DNA of 64,000 nucleotides from an uncultured Clostridia bacterium (GTDB lineage Bacteria; Bacillota; Clostridia; Christensenellales; UBA1242): the NCBI GenBank assembly GCA_944332315.1, contig CALVJT010000038.1:2024-66023 (forward strand), read 5' to 3'. Position 1 is the first letter of the stretch. Every line of letters starts with the position of its first letter. Both the position numbers and the translations under genes were made by a program. Below, piece by piece: positions 49,654 to 59,423 of this stretch. The notes under the pieces were generated by a model. The model did not search any database and was not told the DNA's origin. It saw only the letters and a program-made list of their open reading frames with translations.

Positions 49654-50385
49654 ATGAATATGAAAGAAAAACAACTAGATATAGATATTAGATTTAAGTA
49701 CGAACTAGCAAACTTAAAGTGCTCAATAAAAAAATTGAATCTGTGTAAAATAGTGGCGGATTTTGAAAAAGATGATACGTATTCTTTGATGTATGCGTGC
49801 GAGGATGAACACGCAAAATCATTAGATAATATAATCGCCCATAGCCTTACAGATTTTTATGTAAACCGCTATAAAAAATATTATTTAGAGCATCATATAA
49901 ACCTAAATGCAATCGAAAAAATGTTTGTGCCCGCATACATATGCGCCATATCCTCATTCGATTCTTTTACCGATAAAGAAATTGCCCTTGAAGCCGATTA
50001 CACCAAAACAAAAATATCCGTCATCCCATTTTTGTACTTTAAGTTATCCGGCATAATACAGCGCTGGCAAACAATTGCAAACCTAACCAACGATAATATA
50101 CAGTGCTTTGGCAAAACCACAGGCATAATAGACCTTTTAAGGTACCTAGTAAAAAACCAGCAAAACAAAACAAAAACCCTTGAATTGTTTTTTACTGATA
50201 ACGGAATAAAAATATTTGATAATAATCACCTAAGTTTTGAAAGTAAAACACAAACAAAAAACGATGTAGCGGATATGATGGCAGTGCTAATAAAACTATG
50301 TCCACAAAAGTTAAAAATTAATTCGGTTAACGCAAACTCGCATATAGATACAATAAAGCAAATTTTTAGCGAAAAAGTTATCTAA
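49654..50385 (+). CDS. Hypothetical protein (position and size are compatible with a YtxC-like sporulation protein, but this is unverified)
   Basis: This is a 243-aa ORF upstream of infC. I recognise no motif with confidence. Confidence 0.45.
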   Translation: MNMKEKQLDIDIRFKYELANLKCSIKKLNLCKIVADFEKDDTYSLMYACEDEHAKSLDNIIAHSLTDFYVNRYKKYYLEHHINLNAIEKMFVPAYICAISSFDSFTDKEIALEADYTKTKISVIPFLYFKLSGIIQRWQTIANLTNDNIQCFGKTTGIIDLLRYLVKNQQNKTKTLELFFTDNGIKIFDNNHLSFESKTQTKNDVADMMAVLIKLCPQKLKINSVNANSHIDTIKQIFSEKVI

Positions 50386-50445
50386 TGGTATAAATATCTT
50401 ATATTCAAAATAGATACTCTTAGCAAAAAATATTGGGAAATATCT

Positions 50446-50522
50446 GTTCTTTATTATTAATGGGGGTATAGTGAGTTATAGATTCAAAATTTTGCTATGC
50501 TCTTACTTCTAAATTTTTAACA
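50446..50522 (+). repeat. Dispersed intergenic repeat, copy B
   Basis: GTTCTTTATTATTAATGGGGGTATAGTGAGTTATAGATTCAAAATTTTGCTATGCTCTT...TTTTTAACA aligns with 35462-35538. Confidence 0.6.
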
Positions 50523-50609
50523 CCCCCCCACGAATATTATAAACCCCAAAATTTCTATATAAGATTTTTATGCAGATAATAAAAAATAGTAGATAATGCG
50601 CAAAAACTG

Positions 50610-50638
50610 TTGACAAAAAGTAAAAAATAGTTTATACT
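50610..50638 (+). promoter_or_regulatory. Sigma-A promoter of the infC-rpmI-rplT operon
   Basis: TTGACA (50610-50615), 17 nt spacer, TATACT (50633-50638). Confidence 0.55.
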
Positions 50639-50644
50639 ATATGC

Positions 50645-50751
50645 GTTCAAAGAAGAAGGCAACTTCTCACCTGTCGGGCAAAGCCTAGGCAGTGTTCAAA
50701 AATAAGTTTTTTTGAAGTGGTTTTTTCTTGAACAAGAAAATCCACTTTTTT
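50645..50751 (+). promoter_or_regulatory. L20-type leader with a terminator/attenuator hairpin upstream of infC
   Basis: A structured leader sits between the promoter and infC. The attenuator hairpin spans 50716-50746 (AGTGG..TTTTCTT / AAGAAAA.CCACT) and is followed by a T-run at 50747-50751. Position and design match the Firmicute L20 autoregulatory leader. The L20-binding fold itself was not verified. Confidence 0.45.
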
Positions 50752-50784
50752 CATAAAATATCGCGAGTTTTATGAATAGGATAT

Positions 50785-51375
50785 ATGTATAAGAACAAAA
50801 AATATATAACGGAGGAACTTAAACTGAAAGACTTACCTATTAATGAACAAATTAAGGCACCTAATGTTATGGTTATAGATGCCGATGGCACCAAGATGGG
50901 CGATGTGCCAACGCAAAAGGCACTTGCACGCGCAAAAGAACAAGGGCTTGATTTAGTTATGGTATCACCAAATACCACACCTCAAGTTTGCAAAATTATG
51001 GACTATGGTAAATACAAGTTCGATTTGCAAAAGAAAGAGCGAGATAGCAAAAAATCGCAAAAGAATTTGGAGATGAAGCAAATTAAACTCTCTATGAAAA
51101 TTAGTGAGGGAGACTTAGAGTACAGGGCAAAGCAGGTTCTTAAATTCGCCGAGCGCGGATACAAGGTTAAGGTTTACATCGAAAAAAGTCGTGGTAGGGC
51201 ACAAATTTATGATGCCAAAGGGCTTGACATCTTGCGTAGGTTCGCTGATATGGTATCCAGTGAGTATCGTATTGAAAAGGAGCCAAGTTTTGGAGTTTAC
51301 GATGTCAATATGATTTTAACCGTTATGACTAAAAAAGAGAAGGAGTTAAAAAATGCCAAAACAGAAAACGAATAA
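50785..51375 (+). CDS. infC: Translation initiation factor IF-3
   Basis: INEQIKAPNVMVIDADGTKMG...VCKIMDYGKYKFDLQKKE is the IF-3 pattern. The N-terminus is uncertain: GGAGG at 50811-50815 inside the ORF points to a non-AUG start (CTG at 50824), as is common for infC. Confidence 0.9.
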   Translation: MYKNKKYITEELKLKDLPINEQIKAPNVMVIDADGTKMGDVPTQKALARAKEQGLDLVMVSPNTTPQVCKIMDYGKYKFDLQKKERDSKKSQKNLEMKQIKLSMKISEGDLEYRAKQVLKFAERGYKVKVYIEKSRGRAQIYDAKGLDILRRFADMVSSEYRIEKEPSFGVYDVNMILTVMTKKEKELKNAKTENE

Positions 51376-51547
51376 GAGCGCAACCAAGCGTTTCAAATTA
51401 AGAAAGAGCGGAACTATCACGCATTATAAGCAAGGTAGAAGGCACATTTTGACTAAAAAATCGGCAAAAAGAAAAATGCACTTGAGGAAGGGTACTACAT
51501 TGTCTAAAGCAGACGAAAAAAATGTAAAGACTCTTATGAATGCGTAG
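51353..51547 (+). CDS. rpmI: 50S ribosomal protein L35
   Basis: MPKQKTNKSATKRFKLRKSGTITHYKQGRRHILTKKS is the L35 signature. It overlaps the infC end. Confidence 0.95.
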   Translation: MPKQKTNKSATKRFKLRKSGTITHYKQGRRHILTKKSAKRKMHLRKGTTLSKADEKNVKTLMNA

Positions 51548-51562
51548 TAGAAGGAGCTAATT

Positions 51563-51907
51563 ATGAGAATTAAAAGAGGCGTTAACGCTATTAAGAAAAG
51601 AAGAAAAATTATGAAGGCATCCAAAGGCTATTGGGGTGCAAAAAGCAAACTTTATAGAGTAGCACGCGAACAAGTTATGAAGTCCGGAAAGTACGCGTAT
51701 ATTGGTAGAAAGTTGCGCAAGCGCGATATGCGTCAATTGTGGATAGCAAGAATCAATGCTGCTTGCAGAGTAAATGGTCTATCCTACTCAAAGTTTATGC
51801 ATAACTTAAAGGTTGCTAACATTGAATTAAATCGTAAAATTTTAGCAGATATGGCAGTAAATGACCCACAAAGTTTTGCTGAATTATGTGCTAAAGTTAG
51901 CAAATAG
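51563..51907 (+). CDS. rplT: 50S ribosomal protein L20
   Basis: [41 protein letters not shown] is the L20 signature. Confidence 0.96.
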   Translation: MRIKRGVNAIKKRRKIMKASKGYWGAKSKLYRVAREQVMKSGKYAYIGRKLRKRDMRQLWIARINAACRVNGLSYSKFMHNLKVANIELNRKILADMAVNDPQSFAELCAKVSK

Positions 51908-51911
51908 TAGT

Positions 51912-51949
51912 AAAAAACTATAAAGGTAAAAAATCTTTATAGTTTTTTT
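51912..51949 (+). terminator. Intrinsic terminator of the rplT operon
   Basis: AAAAAACTATAAAG (51912-51925) pairs with CTTTATAGTTTTTTT (51935-51949). Confidence 0.75.
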
Positions 51950-52257
51950 ATATTAATAAAAACGCTTTTATAATAAAAGAATGTTATTTAAGTATTTACA
52001 AATGCATAATAAATTTGGCAAGCTTTATAATAACTAAATTTTATTTAAGTAATGTTCTAATGTTATATAAAAAAATTTGTAAAATGTTGAGGTTATGTAA
52101 ATCCTAAATACCCCAACACTGATTATAGAACCTTAGAATTAGTGTTAATTACTATTTAGTTAAATAACATTTTTTACTTATAAAACTTACTTATGCTTGC
52201 AAATTGCTTTCAAAACTAATGATTTTATGCTAAAATATCTTTATTAAAGAGGATACT

Positions 52258-52896
52258 ATGCAAACAGACACTATTGATGGAGATACCATAAACAGATTTG
52301 CTGACGAAGATTCAATTGAAAAAGACCCATTAACAGACGAACCTATTTTGACTACTGTTTGTCATATGCGAGGTATAGTTGATAATTTTTCGGATCCAAT
52401 AAGTAGCATTTTAGCAAAATTGTATGAGGTTCTTTTGATAAGAATTAATATAAACATTGATATCAAACTTTTAATGAATGTTAGAAAGGAATTATATAAT
52501 AAGCGGAATAAAGTTTTTGATGACGATTTCTTTATGGTATTTGAACGCGAGGAAAATTTGAATGAGGCATCGAAGGATGAGGATATTTATGAAAGAGTGG
52601 AACGAATGCTCTTTGATATTCAAAACGAAACTCCCGATAATCTTATTATATATGACGATTTAGCAAAAATGACAAATATGGATGTCAAAATTTTAGCAAA
52701 TTGTTGCAGAGATTTGGCGGAAATAGAAGTAGAGTATTTGTTCTCGGAAATTGGCTATCCAGAAAGAATGGAAAAATTTGCAAATATCATTGCAACTTAT
52801 ACTGATAAGATGAAAGAGCATTTACTTACCTATGGTATTACAAAACAAAATTTTGATTATAAATTGGCGTGCAGATATCTTAAGTGCGTATATTAA
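52258..52896 (+). CDS. Hypothetical acidic protein
   Basis: This 212-aa ORF has the RBS AAAGAGGA. It is D/E-rich with no recognisable motifs. Confidence 0.5.
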   Translation: MQTDTIDGDTINRFADEDSIEKDPLTDEPILTTVCHMRGIVDNFSDPISSILAKLYEVLLIRININIDIKLLMNVRKELYNKRNKVFDDDFFMVFEREENLNEASKDEDIYERVERMLFDIQNETPDNLIIYDDLAKMTNMDVKILANCCRDLAEIEVEYLFSEIGYPERMEKFANIIATYTDKMKEHLLTYGITKQNFDYKLACRYLKCVY

Positions 52897-53125
52897 TTTT
52901 ATAATTCTTTAATATTTCAATATTGGCAAAATTATTTGCTCATTCATCTTTAGTGAAAACTTTGTAAAAAGTGTTTAGCTTTTATATGCAAAAATGGTTA
53001 TGTAAATAAAACTCAATTTGTAAATTTATAAGTTTCATTAAAGTTATGTGCAAATCTTTTATAAAAAAATATTATCTTTATAAATAAATTGCCTATTTAG
53101 TAAAAATAAATGCTAGCACGCTTAC

Positions 53126-53154
53126 TTGACTTGTTAGAATAATTGTGCTACACT
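53126..53154 (+). promoter_or_regulatory. Sigma-A promoter with extended -10 for LRR paralogue 2
   Basis: TTGACT (53126-53131), 17 nt spacer, TGcTACACT (53146-53154). Confidence 0.5.
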
Positions 53155-53171
53155 AGAGTAGGTAATTTTTT

Positions 53172-55250
53172 ATGGAAATTGTAAATGGTGTATTGATAAA
53201 AGCCGATGAATTGGATATTGTAGATGGCGTGCTTGAAATACCAGAAGGGGTTGAGCAAATAGCGCCGAACGCATGTAGAAATGTATTTAACCTTAATGTT
53301 GTAAAGTTGCCTAAATCTTTGCAAAAGATAGGCAAAGGGGCATTTTTAGATTGCCAAGACTTGCAACAGGTAGATAACACTGCTAGCTTAGAGCGCATTG
53401 ACGACCTAGCATTTAGTGGATGCGAGCAGCTGCATTCTATTGAATTAGGTGCTGTTGCTAGCATAGGCAACGAGGCTTTTAGAGATTGTAAAAATCTTTA
53501 TAGTGTAGAGCTAAACTGCAAAGAGGTTGGCTTAGGTGTTTTCAAAAATTGCGAAAATCTGGTGGAAGCGCATTTTGGAGATACGGCTATAGTGGGCGAG
53601 GAAATGTTTAGTGATTGTCGTGCACTTGTGTATGTTGATTCGCATAATGGGTTATCAGAGGTAAAAGACAATGCATTTAGCGGGTGCAAAAACTTGCTTG
53701 CAATAGGCATAAACAGCAAAGCAAATATCAGTGCAAATGCCTTTAATAATAGCAATATATTAAGCCTATCTATTTTGGATAAAAATTGCGAATTTAATTC
53801 AGATTATCCGCTTATGTGGATTAAGGTCAATAGTGGGGTAGAATGTGCCTTTGGAAATGGCAGTATTCGCCAAATTGACTATTTAGATTTTGATAAAGGG
53901 GAATATTCCTTTAATTTAGATGATTTAAGAGGTAAAATAAAAGATATAGATTATGTTTTTGAAAATTTACCAATAAAGGATATAGCAAGGTGGGTAGATT
54001 TAGATGCAAAGGTGCAAGGGATAAAGAAAGAACAGGTAAGGTTGCCTCAAGCCGAAGCTATGATGTTGCTACACAATGACGATGATAAAATAGAATTTTT
54101 GCAAAATTTGGGCAAATACAACAAAGTAAGTGGCAAATATCGTGCGTTAAATATTAACGATAGAATGCAAATTCTAAAGCTTTGTAAATTGCTCGGCATT
54201 TTTGAAAATGATGAAAAGCAGTTTGTAGCGGGCGCAAATGTGCTATCTAAGGACCTACCAGAATTTATAGATGAGATGTCAGGTACTCAACTAAAAGATT
54301 ATAAAGGGACGCATTTTTTAATAACCGATTGGTTCAAAAATATAAAATATCCACAAAATTTTAGCAAAAAGCGCGCAAAATTTTTTGTAGAGAATTATAA
54401 ATCTATGCTAAAAGATAATAAGGTTGATATGCTAGCACTAAGCATCAACGATTTTGAGAATTTATCAAAATCGGCTAACAATCTAGATATAGAAAAAATT
54501 AAGCAAATTTATATGCGCGACCTTCCTCCGGGGATGAGTGAAAGGCAAAAGCAACTTGCAAAAATTATGATAATGCAAGGGGAATATTCTGCAGATTCGT
54601 TTAGTAAATTAAATGATATTATGACTAAAGCGGAGCGCAGTTATCCAAACATTTTTGATAAAATTGATGATGTGCAAAAACAGATAGATGAACAAATGCG
54701 AACTAAAGCCACACATTTAGTTGACGAATTGGATGCAAATATACAATTTGAATGGCTAGATAAAGATAGTCCATACAACTTACTAATAGGCAACATATGC
54801 GGATGTTGTGCAAGGCTTGGCAGAGAGGGCGAGGATATTATGGTTAAATCGGCTCTAAACAGCAGTGTGCAAACAATGGCGCTAAAGAAAAAAGATGGCG
54901 AGTATATGGGTAAAGCTACCGTTTATGTAAATCGCGAAAAGGGCTATGCAGTATTCAATAATCTTGAACTTAATAGAAACTATGCAACGCGCGCAAAACA
55001 AAAAGATTTTGACGAGGTTATGGATGCCTTTATGCGTGGAGCAAAAGCTTTTGTGGAAACTTATAACAAAAACAATCCAGATGACCAATTAGAGGTTGTA
55101 ACTATAGGTGCTGATAGGAATAAAATAATTGAACAAGTCCGCTCTAGGCTCGAAAAAAGCCCTAGAATTTATAAAAGCATTGAGTTTGAAGGCTATAAAA
55201 AGGGTGGCGATAGCGGTAAAGAACAATTTATAGTATATAAAGGCAAATAA
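53172..55250 (+). CDS. BspA-type leucine-rich-repeat protein with an uncharacterised C-terminal module (paralogue 2)
   Basis: The N-terminal roughly 210 aa are LRR_5-type repeats (IPEGVEQIAPNACRNVFNLNVVKLPKSLQKIGKGAFLDCQDL...). There is no signal peptide. The C-terminal part aligns with 8681-11872, for example FEWLDKDSPYNLLIGNICGCCARLG against FEWLDKHSEYNLLLGEICKCCAKIG. Confidence 0.8.
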   Translation: MEIVNGVLIKADELDIVDGVLEIPEGVEQIAPNACRNVFNLNVVKLPKSLQKIGKGAFLDCQDLQQVDNTASLERIDDLAFSGCEQLHSIELGAVASIGNEAFRDCKNLYSVELNCKEVGLGVFKNCENLVEAHFGDTAIVGEEMFSDCRALVYVDSHNGLSEVKDNAFSGCKNLLAIGINSKANISANAFNNSNILSLSILDKNCEFNSDYPLMWIKVNSGVECAFGNGSIRQIDYLDFDKGEYSFNLDDLRGKIKDIDYVFENLPIKDIARWVDLDAKVQGIKKEQVRLPQAEAMMLLHNDDDKIEFLQNLGKYNKVSGKYRALNINDRMQILKLCKLLGIFENDEKQFVAGANVLSKDLPEFIDEMSGTQLKDYKGTHFLITDWFKNIKYPQNFSKKRAKFFVENYKSMLKDNKVDMLALSINDFENLSKSANNLDIEKIKQIYMRDLPPGMSERQKQLAKIMIMQGEYSADSFSKLNDIMTKAERSYPNIFDKIDDVQKQIDEQMRTKATHLVDELDANIQFEWLDKDSPYNLLIGNICGCCARLGREGEDIMVKSALNSSVQTMALKKKDGEYMGKATVYVNREKGYAVFNNLELNRNYATRAKQKDFDEVMDAFMRGAKAFVETYNKNNPDDQLEVVTIGADRNKIIEQVRSRLEKSPRIYKSIEFEGYKKGGDSGKEQFIVYKGK

Positions 55251-55260
55251 GGAGCATATT

Positions 55261-56073
55261 GTGATAACTAGCAAACAAAATCAATTTGTAAAATTAGTAA
55301 AAGAATTGCGCACAAAAAAGGGACGCAACAAGCACAAAAAGTTAGTTATCGAGGGCAAAAAGTTTATTTTAGATTGCCTAAAATTAGGCGTGAATTTTGA
55401 TTTTATATTGTACGATAATAGCAATGAGGAATTTATAACTAAATGCATTTTACCTTTTTTTGAAGGAAATGATAATTATGCACTATCTTTTGAAAACGAT
55501 GATTTACCTAAAGTTTTTGAAGTTACAAATGAAGTATTAAATAGTATTTCGGCTCAATCTACGCCACAAGGAGTGCTTGCTGTCGTATCGCAACCAAAGT
55601 GTGAGTTACGAAAACCAACTACCGATTTTTTGGTGCTAGACGGGCTACAAGATGCTGGCAATGTGGGCACTATCATAAGAACTGCGTTAGCAACAAATTT
55701 TAGCCATATATTTTTGTTGGATTGCGTGGATGTATTTTCGGATAAAGTTATTAATGCCTCTATGACGGCGGTATTTAAGGTCAACCTGCATAAAGCAAGC
55801 AAAGCCGAATTTATAAATGCATATAAAGATTGTAATTTGCCTTTATATGTGGCAGATTTAGACGGAACAAACGCTTTGCAAACACAACGAGATTGTGGTA
55901 TAATTGGTTTAGTTATTGGCAACGAAGGTAATGGCATCAGCCCCGATATTCGGGCACTTGCACATAAAGTTATTACACTGCCAATGGATAAAAATATAGA
56001 ATCGCTGAATGCTTCGGTATCGGCGGGAATTTTGATGTATATATTAAAATATAATTTGAAAGGAGATAGATAA
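55261..56073 (+). CDS. TrmH/SpoU family RNA 2'-O-methyltransferase (RlmB-like)
   Basis: It has a GTG start behind AAGGAG. SPOUT motifs are present: LDGLQDAGNVGTIIRTA, GLVIGNEGNGIS and ESLNASVSAGILMY. Confidence 0.8.
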   Translation: MITSKQNQFVKLVKELRTKKGRNKHKKLVIEGKKFILDCLKLGVNFDFILYDNSNEEFITKCILPFFEGNDNYALSFENDDLPKVFEVTNEVLNSISAQSTPQGVLAVVSQPKCELRKPTTDFLVLDGLQDAGNVGTIIRTALATNFSHIFLLDCVDVFSDKVINASMTAVFKVNLHKASKAEFINAYKDCNLPLYVADLDGTNALQTQRDCGIIGLVIGNEGNGISPDIRALAHKVITLPMDKNIESLNASVSAGILMYILKYNLKGDR

Positions 56074-56074
56074 T

Positions 56075-56800
56075 ATGTCAGGACATAGTGAATGGGCCAA
56101 TAAAAAACATAGAAAAGAAAAATCTGATGCTCAAAAGGCAAAGTATTTTACAAAAATTGGTAAGGAGATATCGGTTGCGGTAAAAGTGGGCGGTAGTCCA
56201 GACCCAAACATAAATCCGCGTTTAGCCGCCGCCATAGCAAAGGCAAAGCAGTACAATATGCCTAATGATAACATAGCAAGATCCATAAAAAATGCGGCAG
56301 GGCTTGGCGATAAAGATAATTATGAGGAGGTAGTTTACGAGTGCTATGGGCCAAACGGTTCTGCGTTTGTAATAGAGGCACTTACCGATAATAAAAATAG
56401 AACAGCAGGGGATATCCGTCACATCTTTGAAAAAAGTGGTGGTTCTATGGGCACAACAAACTGCGTGCTATTTATGTTTGATAGGCTTGGCGTTGTGGTG
56501 CTTGATAGCATAGACATAGATTTAAGTAAACTTGAGGATGCCTGCATTATGATAGATGGTGTTCAAGATCTTAAAAAGGATGATAGCACTTTTACTATCT
56601 TTACCGAGCCATCAAGCGTTTTGGATGTTGCAAAAATACTTGAGGAGCAGGGCTATAAAGTACTATCCTCGCAAGTAGAAATGGTGCCACAAAGCTTAAT
56701 CGATTTAGAAGAGGATAAAATGGAGAGTTTTGAAAAACTCTTAGATAAACTCGACGACAATGACGATATACAAGAATACTATCACAATGTGAGATTATAA
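56075..56800 (+). CDS. yebC: YebC/PmpR family DNA-binding regulator
   Basis: MSGHSEWANKKHRKEKSDAQKAKYFTKIGKEI is the family N-terminus. It occupies the classic position upstream of ruvC. Confidence 0.9.
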   Translation: MSGHSEWANKKHRKEKSDAQKAKYFTKIGKEISVAVKVGGSPDPNINPRLAAAIAKAKQYNMPNDNIARSIKNAAGLGDKDNYEEVVYECYGPNGSAFVIEALTDNKNRTAGDIRHIFEKSGGSMGTTNCVLFMFDRLGVVVLDSIDIDLSKLEDACIMIDGVQDLKKDDSTFTIFTEPSSVLDVAKILEEQGYKVLSSQVEMVPQSLIDLEEDKMESFEKLLDKLDDNDDIQEYYHNVRL

Positions 56801-56801
56801 T

Positions 56802-57296
56802 ATGCGCATACTAGGAATAGACCCAGGGCTTGCCACTATTGGCTTTGGAGTTGTTGAAAAAACAAATTACGATTTTGTGGCGGTTGATTACGGCATAATT
56901 TCTACTCCCAAAGATGACTCTTTTCCAGAAAGACTTATGACTATTTACAGGGCAGTTGGGTCATTGATAGATAATTTTAAGCCAGATGCAATTGCTATTG
57001 AGGAATTGTTTTTTTTGAAAAATATTACAACTGGTATTCCTGTAAGTCACGCAAGAGGGGTTATATTGCTAGCGTGCTACCAAAAAATGCATAATATTTA
57101 TGAGTACACACCAATGCAAATAAAACTAGCTTTAACTGGTACAGGTAGCGCAGATAAGCATCAAATGCAGTATATGACAAAAAGCATACTCAACCTTAGC
57201 GATATCCCGCGTCCCGATGACGCTGCGGACGCGCTTGCAGTGGCAATATGTCACGGACAAACAAATCAACAACTTGTCGATAATCTCATAAAGTAA
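56802..57296 (+). CDS. ruvC: Holliday junction resolvase RuvC
   Basis: The product carries MRILGIDPGLATIGFGVV, AIEELFF and DAADALAVAICH. Confidence 0.92.
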   Translation: MRILGIDPGLATIGFGVVEKTNYDFVAVDYGIISTPKDDSFPERLMTIYRAVGSLIDNFKPDAIAIEELFFLKNITTGIPVSHARGVILLACYQKMHNIYEYTPMQIKLALTGTGSADKHQMQYMTKSILNLSDIPRPDDAADALAVAICHGQTNQQLVDNLIK

Positions 57297-57308
57297 AAGG
57301 AGATTTCT

Positions 57309-57740
57309 ATGATTACATACAACCAAATACAACCATCATCAAAGAATCTTGAGGACTTATTTATCAACAGCGGGCTTGCCGAAAAGGCAAAGACTTCTAA
57401 CCTAGAAAGAGCATTTAATAATTCACTTTTTGTGAATTATGCATGGGATGGCGCGCGTGCAGTTGGCGCTATTCGCTGTATTGGCGATGGCGAAACTGTG
57501 CTTTATATAGAGGATATAATTGTGGATAAAAACTATCAGCACAAAAAAATTGGAACTTCTTTATTAAAATCTGCTTTAGATACATTTACAAATGTGCCCA
57601 AAATTGTATTTGCTTGCGATTATAATGATAAAGCCATCAGTTTTATCAGTAAGTTTGGGTTTGTAGACGAAATGCAGTACGGTAAAAAAACTCTTGTTTA
57701 TATGACTCATGCAAAGTGCAGAGTATTTAGAAAAAGGTAG
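57309..57740 (+). CDS. GNAT family N-acetyltransferase
   Basis: IEDIIVDKNYQHKKIGTSLLKSAL is a GNAT motif A-like segment (Q/R-x-x-G-x-G/A variant). The product is 143 aa. Confidence 0.6.
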   Translation: MITYNQIQPSSKNLEDLFINSGLAEKAKTSNLERAFNNSLFVNYAWDGARAVGAIRCIGDGETVLYIEDIIVDKNYQHKKIGTSLLKSALDTFTNVPKIVFACDYNDKAISFISKFGFVDEMQYGKKTLVYMTHAKCRVFRKR

Positions 57741-57743
57741 GCT

Positions 57744-58343
57744 ATGATTAGTTTTATAGAAGGTAAACTGGTGGCAAAGTACGATGGCTTTGTTGTTATT
57801 GAAAATAATGGCATAGGTTACGAAATTAGTGTATCCAATAACACCCTTGTAGGGCTACCAAATACAAATGAAGTTGTGCGACTATTTACAAACCTTATTG
57901 TGCGGGAGGATGGTATCTCGCTATTTGGTTTTTCTACGCTAGAGGAAAAAGATTTGTTTAATAAACTCACAACCGTCAGCGGGGTTGGGGCAAAGAGCGC
58001 TTTGATGATACTTTCAAGCCAATCTTACGCAAATTTAGTAACTTGCATAATTAATGGGGATGTAAATACCTTATCAAAGGCCAAAGGTATAGGCAAAAAA
58101 ACTGCCGAAAGAGTTATTTTGGAATTAAAGGATAAAATGGATGCAATAGGTGCCTTTAATCTTAGGGTTAACGCTGATGAAGTGATAGATGCCGATAGGC
58201 AAGATATTGTGGATGCAATTGATGTTCTTGTATCTTTGGGTATACCATCTGCACAAGCCACAAATCTGGTAAAAAAGTATGCTAGCGAGTGCAAAACTGC
58301 AGAGGAGTTTGTTTCTAAAGTGCTCCAAAATTTGAATAATTAA
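57744..58343 (+). CDS. ruvA: Holliday junction branch migration complex subunit RuvA
   Basis: MISFIEGKL...GIGYEI...FGF....E...F..L..V.GVG.K.AL..LS shows the OB fold followed by HhH motifs. Confidence 0.92.
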   Translation: MISFIEGKLVAKYDGFVVIENNGIGYEISVSNNTLVGLPNTNEVVRLFTNLIVREDGISLFGFSTLEEKDLFNKLTTVSGVGAKSALMILSSQSYANLVTCIINGDVNTLSKAKGIGKKTAERVILELKDKMDAIGAFNLRVNADEVIDADRQDIVDAIDVLVSLGIPSAQATNLVKKYASECKTAEEFVSKVLQNLNN

Positions 58344-58358
58344 AAATAGGTGCCATAT

Positions 58359-59423
58359 ATGGATTACGGTGATAATAGATTTATAACAAGTACAAAAAAG
58401 TTATCTGATATCGATGTAGAAAATAGTCTGCGTCCGAGCAAACTATCCGAATATGTAGGGCAGGAAAAACTAAAAAATAACCTTAAAGTTTATATAGAAG
58501 CGGCAAAATCGCGCAAGGAATCACTAGACCATGTTTTGCTTTTTGGCCCGCCAGGGCTTGGCAAAACTACATTATCACACATCATAGCATCCGAGCTTGG
58601 TACACAACTTAAAGTGACCAGTGGCCCTGCTATTGAACACGCAGCAGATTTAGCAGCAATCTTGACAAACTTGGGCAAAAACGATGTGCTGTTTATAGAT
58701 GAGATACATAGGCTAAATAGAGCTGTTGAGGAAATTTTATATCCCGCAATGGAGGATTTTGCCCTGGATTTTGTTGTGGGTAAGGGGCCCAGCGCGCGCT
58801 CTATGCGCCTAAAAATACAACCTTTTACGCTCATAGGTGCTACCACGCGTGCGGGTATGTTAACAGGCCCTTTGCGCGATAGATTCGGCGTGCTTGCAAG
58901 GCTTGAGCTTTATAAAGAGGATGAACTTGCTGAAATTTTAGCGCGTTCTGCCCGCATCCTAAATATAAAACTTGATGGTGATGCTGGGCTAGAGATAGCG
59001 CGCCGTTCGCGCGGAACACCGCGTTTAGCAAATAGATTGCTAAAACGCGTAAGAGATTTTGCCGAAGTTGTTGGGCAGGGTGTGATTAATTTAGAAATGG
59101 CTAAAAAAGCGCTTACAATGATGGAAGTTGATGATTTAGGTCTAGATTATAGTGATAGGCGCATTTTAAGTACTATTATTGAAAAATTTAATGGAGGTCC
59201 CGTTGGGCTTGATACGCTTTCAGCCGCAACTGGAGAGGAAACAACTACCCTTGAGGATGTCTTTGAACCATATTTGTTACAATTAGGTTTCATTGCTCGC
59301 ACAGCTAGGGGCAGGGTTGCTATGCCCAAAGCATACGAACATTTGGGCATCAAAATCTCTAGCGATAAAAAAGAGGAATTAGAGGAACTGGAAAAATTGA
59401 TTACGAATGATTCCGAGGACTAA
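58359..59423 (+). CDS. ruvB: Holliday junction DNA helicase RuvB
   Basis: LRP..L.EYVGQE, Walker [10 protein letters not shown], Walker [10 protein letters not shown] and sensor [16 protein letters not shown] are present. The start is set at the ATG at 58359 behind AGGTG; the track ORF begins at GTG 58350. Confidence 0.95.
   Translation: MDYGDNRFITSTKKLSDIDVENSLRPSKLSEYVGQEKLKNNLKVYIEAAKSRKESLDHVLLFGPPGLGKTTLSHIIASELGTQLKVTSGPAIEHAADLAAILTNLGKNDVLFIDEIHRLNRAVEEILYPAMEDFALDFVVGKGPSARSMRLKIQPFTLIGATTRAGMLTGPLRDRFGVLARLELYKEDELAEILARSARILNIKLDGDAGLEIARRSRGTPRLANRLLKRVRDFAEVVGQGVINLEMAKKALTMMEVDDLGLDYSDRRILSTIIEKFNGGPVGLDTLSAATGEETTTLEDVFEPYLLQLGFIARTARGRVAMPKAYEHLGIKISSDKKEELEELEKLITNDSED

Noticed and set aside
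55554-56141. A 195-aa minus-strand ORF lies opposite the TrmH-family gene. Similar antisense ORFs lie opposite groEL (63079-63486 and 63496-63846), secD/secF and tuf.
   Set aside because: These are antisense shadows of strongly supported conserved genes. Their translations are Ser/Ala/Ile-rich with no motifs.
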